DNA of 64,000 nucleotides from Phoronis australis (lineage: Eukaryota; Animalia; Phoronida): NCBI GenBank assembly GCA_002633005.1, contig NMRA01000161.1, positions 687,275-751,274 on the forward strand. Direction: 5' to 3'. The position numbers were made by a program, and so were the translations under genes. Positions within the stretch are counted from its first letter, which is position 1, and every line of letters starts with the position of its first letter. A model generated the notes under the pieces. The model had not been told where the DNA came from. It searched no databases and saw only the letters and a program-made list of their open reading frames with translations. Below, piece by piece: positions 35,401 through 44,667 of this stretch.

Positions 35401-38400
35401 AGTTTGGGTGGTCCAAAATATCGGACATGAAGTGTGTAAGCTGCGACTGAAAAATGAACCTACTTTAGATTTGAAGTAAGATTTTTCTGTGATCACAGTG
35501 ATGAAAACAAATTGTTTTTACTTGTTACAGATACATGCAAAAAATATTTGTAGTTAACTTGTGAAATGCAAGAAATAAGTATTTAATCTAAGTTATTTTA
35601 TTGAACAAATCATAACAGACCTGAAACAAACTTGTGGGTTGGGCACAGGTTTAGTCCAGACTGAGTCACTTTATCCTGAAATGCAATGCGAAATTCAAAA
35701 GAATTTAAAATTCATGTTGCAATTATAAATTAAAACCTCAATTTTACCTGTATTTAGCTGTCAATGTCGAGTTCCTGACCGAAGCATGTTCATCTTTAAA
35801 AACATGACAACGCTCATCCAATCTTGAATTATTGTCAAATGAGCAAGCAACTCGCACCACAGGCAATACTTGCACGCAACATTTTCCAATCTGTTATTTT
35901 AGGTTGGTTAACCCCAGTAAAATCTTGAGCGTTTTCTTGAGTCACTGACTTTTTCGATGTTCTTAACATCTATTCCCTGGCAATACCATGGTGACCATCC
36001 GGCTACTCCCACTAGGTGTCAGTCAAGTTAACTTACACCAATTCTCTTATGTGATCCAGTTCACCACAGAAGTTGAATACAAGTAGTTTGAGAGACTGTC
36101 TCCACTGAACTAAATGACCAAGGGTTATGACTGGCATTGCCTATTGTACAAGTTTCCTGATACATCTCCAGGAGAATCTTGGCCATGATTTTTGTAACAA
36201 AATTGAATGTATACCAACAACGAAAAGTAGAAATTTAAAGTAAAATAGTTCACGAACTGATCTAGCCATTTCAGTGGAGCAAGTGTAGGGAGGGGGAACA
36301 AAGATCTTCAAAGCTGTCCCTACTTAACAAGACTTATGAAATTATGACAAGGGGTCGTAAGAAATATTCAGTTTTCATTTCACTGTCAGTTTGAATCTCT
36401 CACATTCAGTCAGCATCTATCAATTCAGACAATTACCTCGATTCTTGAAAATTTAAAAACCTTACATTCATAAATTAGCCATCAGTTTCCTTGCAACAGA
36501 TGCAAAAACGTGCAATCTACTCCTCGCCAGTTTTCTTTTAAAATACCCATCATCAAAGAAGTCTTCTTCCACGTGGTGCTTTTATGATATTGTATTATCA
36601 TTAAAGCCATAGATTTGGCAACTATAAGCCTTAAACTCACCTAGCCTGTACCACTGTACCTAAACTGTACTTACTTTATCACAAACAATTTTGATGTCAA
36701 CATTCTTTGGCAGTTGTCGACACAGGCTAAAGGGGTCTCTGTCCACTGTCACAAGCAGGACAGAGGAGAGACCTTGCGTTGGAAACACCTCATCGAATGA
36801 TCTCAAGCACTCCGTGTCAGCTGCGCAACTGAAAACAATAGGAACAAGATGGTATGAAAAATTAAACATAATTCATGTGGTACAATTTATTAAAACTAAA
36901 CCTTAATGAAGACATTGACGAAGATAAGTCTAATACAGAACACACAAAGGTTACAATGTAATATTTGTAACAAAAGATATAGAAGATAACAGTCCTTCGC
37001 AAAAATATTATTTTTTTGATTTTTTAAAGGTAGATTACCTCACCGGAAATAATGAAATTTTTGACAAAATGTTACTTTTTCAACATCTACTTGGTATAAA
37101 TTAAACTAATAGACACGAATCTGGTTAATCTACATTTTTATTGAGAAATTAGACAAAGAAGTTTTCACTTCAATGCCATATAATTGTGCTGAACATTGTA
37201 GGTGAAGTGCCGCAATATCCTCGACATGTCCATTGTATGAGGCAAAGAGGAAAGAAGTGTGGCCCTCCCCCACCCCGCTTGACAAGAAACTTTACGGCCG
37301 CCTAGATGACCTGCAGAGGACAGCAGCATTCACTGGCAGATCATATTTGACCATTTGAATAACGAGCAGAAGAAGAAGACTTCACTGCCATAGTAATTAT
37401 GTGCTGAACACCGTAGGTGAAGTGTCGCAAATGACTTCTGTGTATGGTGGATAACTTAATTGGTATAATGGTAATTAACTTATAATCACAAGTTACATAC
37501 TTCAAGAATAGGTGTGAGAGCGAAGAAGTATGTGAATTGGTCTCCCCCTTCTGTCCACTGACTTTTACATAGTAATGCCTTTTTGATAAAATCTTACTGA
37601 TTTTTAAGGGAAATGAAATTTTATCTCTATTATTGCTCCCATCATAAATTGATTCTGAGAAAATGAAGACATTCACAATGATGTCACGGTGAAGCTGATA
37701 GTTTATGGTATTCCACCCAGAAATATTCCATAAACTTTTCTAAAACAGCTTCCTGCTATGCTCATCTTGTATTTCTATTTGAGAAGAATCAACAAAAGCT
37801 AATAAAAGTTCAAAGCCATTTGTTGAAAAGAAGTGAGGACATATTTATATAACTGGGGCAACTCCTTTTCAGCAATATCCATGATTTATTTTCTGGGTTT
37901 CCATATATAAGAAATGCAGTTAAAACATACTAATTTAAGAAAAAATAATTGTTTTTTTTTCATTTTTCCAGTCTCTAACCCCTGGATGCCCACAGTCTCA
38001 AAACATTGTCTGATGGTACCTACAGTGTATTATAGAACATAGAAATGATAAAACACTTGCTTTATTTAGGTCCACTCATCAATCAAGAACAAAAAATTCT
38101 AAAAACAAATTTTCAATAATGTCTACCACATCTTTGAGATATTTTACGTTCACGATATGACATGAAATTTGATTCAAAAGTGACATCCCAATGTTTCAGA
38201 TTCTGCCATCCTGAGGTCAGAAATCACAATTCCATTAATCTCCATGAAAACATGTTGACTGATTCCAAGTCTACACCCTTGTGGCAACTGGTGTAAGTGG
38301 TCAAATCCTGAGATAAACAGTTTATCATTTATAATCTTCAAGGTGATTAATTTATACAATCCAGGGCTAATCTCTTAAACTGAGTAACAACACACATACT

Positions 38401-38489
38401 ATCAACAAGATATTGTCTACCAAAAGTCTCAATCACATTCCAGTGGAAGATAGTGTGGAACCTCGCCTGAAACCTGACCTCAGATAGCA
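20414..38489 (-). CDS. Uncharacterised multi-exon protein-coding gene, C-terminal ~500 aa (13 exons); probably extends further 5' toward 64 kb
   Basis: Exons 38489-38400, 37310-37169, 36828-36675, 35890-35748, 31958-31834, 31475-31341, 29898-29831, 26093-25928, 25145-24959, 23692-23576, 22125-22031, 21570-21498 and 20432-20414 all have AG/GT boundaries and join in phase without stops, ending ...NRPLLPSRIGLFR*. No family recognised. Confidence 0.75.
20846..21288 (-). mobile_element. Penelope-like element 3' fragment (GIY-YIG endonuclease C-terminus) with inverted pseudo-LTR arms
   Basis: Translation GHDFNTDDVTILDCEEDWFRRGVKEALHERIESPSLNR is typical of the PLE GIY-YIG tail; arms ~20846-21008 and ~21163-21288 are inverted copies. 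Confidence 0.8.
21498..21570 (-). CDS. Unknown gene exon (LDCDDKIEQYLVDQFSNRPLLPS)
   Basis: ttcag acceptor, gtatgt donor; phase 1-2. Confidence 0.8.
22031..22125 (-). CDS. Unknown gene exon (VVEDECRRGPPG...SSFWARMARL)
   Basis: aacag acceptor, gtaagt donor; only one open frame; GC-rich. Confidence 0.82.
22951..23371. mobile_element. MITE, PIF/Harbinger-like
   Basis: TIR gtgccgtttacac / tctaaatgggac, internal tgacacgg and ccgtgtca subrepeats, TA-containing flanks. Confidence 0.6.
23576..23692 (-). CDS. Unknown gene exon (LFGMVSLPPKDTIIEFLACG...YRVAKIVRVI)
   Basis: tgtag acceptor, gtaatg donor; only one open frame; phase 2-2. Confidence 0.82.
24959..25145 (-). CDS. Unknown gene exon (VDVRTMPDF...HIGVVARFSRDFCFVTS...)
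   Basis: tctctag acceptor, gtatga donor; phase 1-2. Confidence 0.83.
25928..26093 (-). CDS. Unknown gene exon (VFSATQQS...GILVISGCPLW...QLVVSIRSSIVQQE)
   Basis: tctctag acceptor, gtatcg donor; phase 0-1. Confidence 0.8.
26159..26243. repeat. (AAT/AAC/GAT)n microsatellite
   Basis: Direct observation. Confidence 0.85.
26971..27200 (+). mobile_element. tRNA-derived SINE
   Basis: A-box-like tggccaaatgtg, B-box ggttcaagtccc, cagtgtggcc/ggccacactg pairing, followed by a non-tRNA body. Confidence 0.65.
27631..27753. repeat. Short inverted repeat / mini-MITE hairpin
   Basis: 17-bp perfect stem attttgagaaccagttt/aaactggttctcaaaat, plus outer gttggatataa/ttatatccaac arms. Confidence 0.8.
27964..28075. 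repeat. Perfect 55-bp tandem duplication
   Basis: gaggtaagaatttttc...gatttgcaa x2. Confidence 0.95.
29831..29898 (-). CDS. Unknown gene exon (KKHSDVYWALRDCQFEEGTEVQ)
   Basis: cttcaag acceptor, gtaact donor; phase 1-0 bridges neighbours. Confidence 0.72.
31341..31475 (-). CDS. Unknown gene exon (ISVLNCGRSLRKLLDS...VGLATTHP)
   Basis: ttcgcag acceptor, gtttgt donor; phase 1-1. Confidence 0.78.
31834..31958 (-). CDS. Unknown gene exon (YDSHLRLVICPSFDHDFWHEVTLYGWL...)
   Basis: ctacag acceptor, gtaaga donor; phase 2-1. Confidence 0.8.
33104..33197 (-). CDS. Candidate exon of unknown gene (phase does not fit the exon upstream)
   Basis: Strong ttttttcctcag acceptor and gtgagc donor; two open frames; needs a missing partner exon. 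Confidence 0.45.
33438..35117 (+). mobile_element. HINE/pearl-like (Helentron-associated) element with internal degenerate tandem repeats; nested DNA-transposon end from ~34046
   Basis: Starts aacaagagc; repeated ccac.aggtggc.c..aat..gtcgaatc units; cagacaga..gacgg tract and 3' stem-loop atgcaccc..tgtgggcat; family assignment is inferred. Confidence 0.5.
34253..34490. other. Assembly gap (238 N)
   Basis: Run of N. Confidence 1.
35748..35890 (-). CDS. Unknown gene exon (IGKCCVQVLPVVRVACSFD...TAKY)
   Basis: aacag acceptor, gtaaaa donor; only frame 0 is open; phase 0-2. Confidence 0.68.
36675..36828 (-). CDS. Unknown gene exon (CAADTECLRSFDEVFP...IKIVCDK)
   Basis: ttttcag acceptor, gtaagt donor; phase 2-0. 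Confidence 0.78.
37169..37310 (-). CDS. Unknown gene exon (HLGGRKVSCQAGWGRAT...LRHFTYNVQHNYMAL)
   Basis: ctgtcctctgcag acceptor, gtgaaa donor; only one open frame; phase 1-2. Confidence 0.62.
38400..38489 (-). CDS. Unknown gene exon (LSEVRFQARFHTIFHWNVIETFGRQYLVD); may begin further upstream, up to 38751
   Basis: tttttatcag acceptor, gtatgt donor; lies within a 129-aa ORF. Confidence 0.5.
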
Positions 38490-40660
38490 CTGATAAAAAT
38501 TTACACCAAGAGTCTTTTAGACACATTAGCAGTGACAGCATAGAGAACACCAGCTGAACACCACAGTGGCACCCGTTCCTGAATACAGTAGAGTGTGCAG
38601 GGTAAGTGATTTTCCATGCGCCTGTTCTTTCCAAATGGTCTGATATGCTAACAAGCAGGCTTTGTGAGGCGATAACTAGCCCACTGCCCTGTAGCAGTGT
38701 CTCTATTGCATTCGGCTCATAGGGGAGGAAGGTCATCCATGATTAGGACAACTGAAATATTTCAACAACTGATTACTGTCTTTAGCACCCTTTAATTGAG
38801 TGAAGGAACTCAGCTGCTTGTAAACCAATCTCAAAGGAAATGGATGTCAAATAACCCTGAGGGCATGACAAAAGACAGAAGGCAGGGAAACTCACATCTT
38901 GATGTTTGCATTCAAATAATGTAAGTGTTTATTTTTTTATCAAACACAAATGGTTGGTCTTCCACAATGCCATCTTAAGTCATTACACCTGTCTTCGTTA
39001 GATTCACAGCAGTCATTACTTACTGTTAATAGTTGAGGTAGGCAAGTACTAACTCCACACATTTATCTCAGTATGGGTTTCTATGTTGGTTTTAATGTGT
39101 CACACACTTGTATAGTACTAAAATAGGTAACCCCATACACCTAGGAATTAACCTTTGGCCCGGCAATTATATGTTAGGCATTGCATGTGTGCTTCTAATG
39201 TTTTATGGTTTTAGAAACTGTCACTGAGATGTTAAATGAATTATAACTGTCTTGAAATGAAAGCTAAATGTATGAGATCAATAGAAATAAGATAGACGGC
39301 ATTGATATTCAAATTACAATTTGAATGCAGTTACGGCATAAAACCATTTCAAGAAACCTCGGAACCTTGATCACAAAAAATGTAAACCTCAGTGGACAAA
39401 CTCTCGAGACCTAAATGTATGTGAAGAACTACTGACTTAATGGTTACATGAATCAGCCCCTCACTACCACCTACCAACACAACAGCAGAATTGCCAACTC
39501 TAGATGTATTGAGACTCGAGAGCTGGTAGACCTCAGGAGAAGCTCCATACTGTATTAACACAAAATGTTCCCATAGTTGCTATCTAGACACAGAAAGATA
39601 CTCTGTGTAACCATCCGTTGATGTTTCACAGAAATGTCCAATATGACTACATGGTTTTGCAAAAACGTGTGTCTGTGGTGAACAGTAAACTATCAGTCAG
39701 CCTCTTGTAGATCCAAGGATGTTGCATGTAGCACTGGGGCCTAACCACATTTTTTTAATGAAAAATATTTGTGGGGTCTTTTAATTAAACCTCATTCCAG
39801 TATAGTCTTTTATATTTAGTTGAGTAAATGGACTTGGGCCCCAGGGGTTCTAGGGTTCCCCAAATTCCACTTATGGTCATAAGACAAATGACACCACTAG
39901 TCCCTTTTGGAGGTCCCTGATTTTAAGAACCATCTTCGTCCACTGATTCAAAGGATGCCAGTGATTGTCTGGCTCTCAAAACCAGAAACAAATAAGAGGA
40001 ACTAATACCAAACAAATGCACACCATGGAGTGAAATATTTATTGGTTTTTGCAGGTTTGAATCCTCTGATAACTATTGCTAACTATTCCATGATGATGGT
40101 GCTGGGGTCCTTCTGTTGAAAAGTTGAAAATATTCACTGCTTAGGAGTTCAGAGAATGTTTAAATAGCCATTTTCAGATATTGCAGCAGTGACATACGCC
40201 TTCTTGCTAAGCACGTAAAAAAGTCTTCAGTATGGTATAGCCCTTAAAATTTTGGGACCTAAAAATTAAAGTGGAAACTGAATTCTCTTGGTTTTATATA
40301 TTACATTGGGACACAGATGATTTTGGTGTCAATCAATTTCTCAAATTTAGGACATGTTTGAATCTGAAAAAGACTAATGGCAGTTCATAAAATCGACAAA
40401 AAATAGCTGCCAATGCAACTTTTCCACCATTATGTTGTTAAAATCCCAATGTAATCAAATGATTCAAACACATATTTCAGTCCTAAAACCTCTGGAGACA
40501 AAAGAAATGTTGTGCCATCTCAGGCAACTCAGAACATCTTGTAAATTTGAATTAGCAATTGGGTCAACAAAGGAAGCTTTCGTACTCTCACAACCTCGAA
40601 GAGCTTTACGTTGAATGTTCCATAATAAGATGACGTAAAGTGAAACTGCAGCTGCATTCC

Positions 40661-41110
40661 CAAGGTACCTAAACTACACGGTTAACGGACTCATAAACAT
40701 GGTCACGAACGCATGAACATGATTCACGGACCTGCAAACACCGTCCACTGACTCACAAACACGGCAACGGACTCACAAAACACTATCCATTCACCCAAAT
40801 ACATGGGACACAGACTCATATTCACGAGGAAACACGGTTAACAGACCGCCAAACACAGGTCACGGACTCATCGGCTTCCTGGGTCATTTGACATCTACAT
40901 TTTGTCCGTAAACCGTGTTTGGCGATCCGTTAACGGTGTTTCTTCGTGAATATGAGTCTGTGTCCCGTGTATTTGGGTGAATGGATCATGTTTTGTGATT
41001 CCGTTCCCGTGTTTGTGAGTCAGTAGACGGTGTTTGCAGGTCCATGAGTCGTGTTCATGCATCCGTGACCGTGTTTATGAGTCTGTTAACCGTGTAGTTT
41101 ATGTACCTTG
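40661..41110. mobile_element. Foldback-type MITE: ~205-bp inverted arms, 5-bp target-site duplication ATTCC
   Basis: caaggtac...gtaccttg termini; attcc at 40656-40660 and 41111-41115; ~36-nt spacer. Confidence 0.9.
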
Positions 41111-41451
41111 ATTCCCATGTATTTCTAAATCCTGGAAACTGCAAGAATCTTTTTTCATGAATTGTTTCCACAAATCTGTTGTGTTCTGATGCCATTTTGG
41201 GCTTGGGAGGGGGCAACTACTCTGCATAGTGGCTTTTTGAAGACGGTTGTAAATCATACGTGCCGTTCACTCACAGCTTAGCAAAAGGTTCATGGTCCAA
41301 GCTGAAAAGATAAATTCTTCATTACCCCCTATTTATTCTGAATAGCCCAGACTGCAATCAAAATCCCAATTGGTTATGTTACATTTGTAAACATACAATG
41401 AGACAGGCCAAGAACTGATAACATCTGTGATAATAAATAAACACAAATGGC

Positions 41452-41475
41452 AGAGACAGAGAGAGAGAGAGAGAC
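41452..41475. repeat. (GA)n microsatellite
   Basis: Direct observation. Confidence 0.8.
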
Positions 41476-43266
41476 AAATGACACACATGGGACAGCAGTT
41501 ATCTGGCTGCTGAGAAAGACACCAGGGAATTTAATGAGTAAACAAATCTGACCAAATCACTAGTTTGTGTCCTGCTGAAAAAAATCGTGGGATTATTTCA
41601 TCCAATTTTAACATGGGAACGGCGGCATGTCACCTACTGGCTGCACACAAAACTTCACCTTGTTACAAAAGCAACCTGGTGTACAGTCATATTGCAGTGG
41701 CATTTTTATTTACACCTGAAATAATTGCATACCCAGTGTCTTAAAAAGTCGCATTCATCACCATCTTGAAAAAAACTTTGTTTGGATTTGTGGATGATTT
41801 TAGTATTGTGGACTGAACGCAGCTCATAGCGAGTTACAGGCAGACTCACAGACGAATCAGACAGACAGTGAGAGTGTGAACATTTTGGATAAGGCACATG
41901 GATGAAACAATTCTTTTATCATATCAATCCGACAATGAAAATGATGAATACATTTATGATATGAGGAACATTGGCTGGGTTGCAGACAGCCGCTACCAGC
42001 TGACTCCATTGTTCTATACTAAAGCTAATTATACCAGTAATAGACCACATGACAGAATACCATAGTTTTAAAATTTTATAACTATCTACAGTTAATTAAT
42101 TATTGTAAAACAATTCCCTAAATAAAAAGAGGCAATAAACCCACTTGACCCATGAAAAAACAAATGTTGATTTAGGCCACTCTCTGTTAATAAGTCTAGA
42201 TCATCTTGTTGCCTACTCAGATCAGAAATGATTTCAAGGCTTTAGAAGAACTGACAGGTAGTTATTGCCCGAGACCAAGCCCAAGGGCCAAAGTTTCAGT
42301 AAATAACGAAGGCAAAATGGCTAGCAGTACAATTCCAGGAAATTTGTAGTAACCAATTTCAATTCAAAAAAAGATAAGAACTCGCTACAAAAGCCTCTCA
42401 TTTTTCACTTTGATGACGATTTCCAAATTGAGGTGCAAAAGTCATATTGTTAGGTGTTCCTGCAATCTTTTTTGGCACCAGGACTCAAGTTTTAAAATTA
42501 AATGCAACTATTTTCATCAATGGGTACCAGAGACGTGAAAAATGGCAACCCATGCCTATTTTTGAACATATATATTTTAGGTAAAAATCATCCTAACCTA
42601 ACTTTTTATGAAGAATTCAAGTTCATCAATGCTAATGCTGTAATGACTAAACTCCACAAAAAGAACCTCAGATCTGATGAGTGTTCCTGGTGATCAGGCC
42701 TCTGTTCTTGTACTAAAACACACAATGCTGTGATACAGCAGAGCTTCTAATGCTGATGACCAATGCTTTTGAAGACCGGATATGCTTGTAAAGACTATTT
42801 TTAACACCTAAGTCCGAAACTTGATTCCAAAACAGACCAATTGCATGTCACGCTTGGAATAAACTAGCTTACAAAGTTGTACTCAAAATCATCATGCGTG
42901 ACTTGTTGAATTCTAAGTCCCAGTAAGAAATCACATTACACTCATGGTGTGAGCTTATCAGTCTGCAAGTTTGGGTACCTTTACAACGGACGGACATATT
43001 ACGGATACGCAGTTTCTTGGATAATATGTTCATGTTTAAGCTTCCCATTTGATTTTGAGCAGTGATAAGCACCGAGTAGAATGTTCCTCAGCACTCAGTT
43101 AGTCCAACTTCAGCATTTTTACCATTTAATTAACAAACTAGACACCAGCAACTTAATTGACCTATCCCCATGAAGTGAGTTCAATGCTGGAGCAAAATGC
43201 AGAAAACAGAATAACATTGCTTTGGAAGAGGAATGTGCATATGGTGAAAGGATGACTTTAACGACA

Positions 43267-44667
43267 CAGGTGAGAAACAACATGACCACCGGTCCTCTAA
43301 ATCGGACGGATTCACCCAAAACAGGACCTACAAGGATCAAATGGGACTGCTGCACCAGAAAATGGGTCTGACGCACCTAAAAACGTGACCGCCCCACCAC
43401 AAAACAGGACCGCCGGGGACTGAACATGACCGCCGGGGATTGAAACCGCAATGACAAACTTAACTAAGATGTATTACCAGTAGGCCTACACAGATCATAC
43501 AATGGAGCTATATACGTATGCATATGCAGGTCTTGCGCCAATTAATCCGACGAAATTATTTGTGCACTACAGGGCACTTCGCTTTGTAACACGGGGCACT
43601 TTTGAGTTTTGCTTCACCCGGCTCTGCTGCGGTACGTGACTTATAAACAGTTGAAAGGTCAACATTTTTTTTTCAATACATTTATTTACCCAAAAAGCAT
43701 ATCATTAATGAATAGTAGATACGGCTGGGGTTGGGTAGCCCCAACTACATATCTTTACAATTTACTGGAGTATGATACACTATACATCATATTAATTGAA
43801 CAAATAAGTATTTGGAAAATACTCCAAATGATTGGGCGAATAATTAGCCGAGAATAATATAAAAAGGGGGGAGAACAGGAAGGACTTTCATACACTCATT
43901 CACACTCACATTCACACAGTTTAATTAACTTATGTTTACATTTACATAGGTGCATATTTGTGAAAATTGCGTAAATGGCACAACAAATTATCGAAACTGG
44001 TTTCATTTCGTTATAAGTTTTTAGTATTTTAATACCAGCAAACCAATTTCAGAATAAATCGTGCTGCTGCGAAGTTGTGTCATCATCTTCTGAAAGATGT
44101 CGTACAATTTTAGGAAATGGCGCGTGCTCATGTCACAAGCAAGCGTGACAGACTTTTTGTTACAATAGGCAAACAAATGACGTTCATTAGATTGTTTGTT
44201 TTTCACTCAAGCGACTGCAACCTGCAAGGTGAGTGTCGATTGACTCCTGGATTTTGCATGCGCCTACTCCGGTCGCTAGGCTCTACATCTTGATATAAGT
44301 TTCACGACGAGGTGACGAGCAGAACTACACCCGGGCTGTGGAAATTTCGGGGATGTAATGGAGATCAATAACGCAGTGCTGGAAAGCTTTATTTTGGTGA
44401 TAGTCTTTACACAGCTTGCTGACTGCTTACGTCATAACCCGCAGTATTACAAAGGCCTTGATAACTACATTTTGTCCGGCGGTCATGTTCAATCCCCAGC
44501 GGTCCTGTTTTGTGGTGCGGCGGTCATGTTTTTATGTGCGTCAGTCCCATTTTCTGTTGCGGCGGTCCCATCTTCTGGTGCGGCGGTCCCATGATCCCTA
44601 GGCCCTGTTTTGCCGTGGGTGAGTCAGTCCGATTTAGAGGACTGCCGGTATGTTGTTTCTCACCCTG
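43267..44667. mobile_element. Non-autonomous DNA transposon with ~170-190-bp TIRs (CAGG termini, hAT-like)
   Basis: caggtgagaaacaacat... at 43267 is the inverse of ...atgttgtttctcaccctg at 44667; gaccgcc subrepeats; no TSD retained. Confidence 0.8.

Noticed and set aside
35748-35890. In-frame TGA (selenocysteine) reading LENVACKYCLW...RH*QLNT, which would fit exon 33197
   Set aside because: The upstream exon ends in phase 0, selecting the stop-free frame; no SECIS seen
38174-38307. Exon GFDHLHQLPQG...GCHF*
   Set aside because: Good acceptor but no convincing donor before the stop; not needed for the exon chain (an alternative terminal exon is not excluded)
20414-38489. Naming the minus-strand gene (e.g. 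FBXO36 by vertebrate synteny, or SAMD9-like)
   Set aside because: No F-box or other diagnostic motif is visible, and the orientation and exon structure do not match
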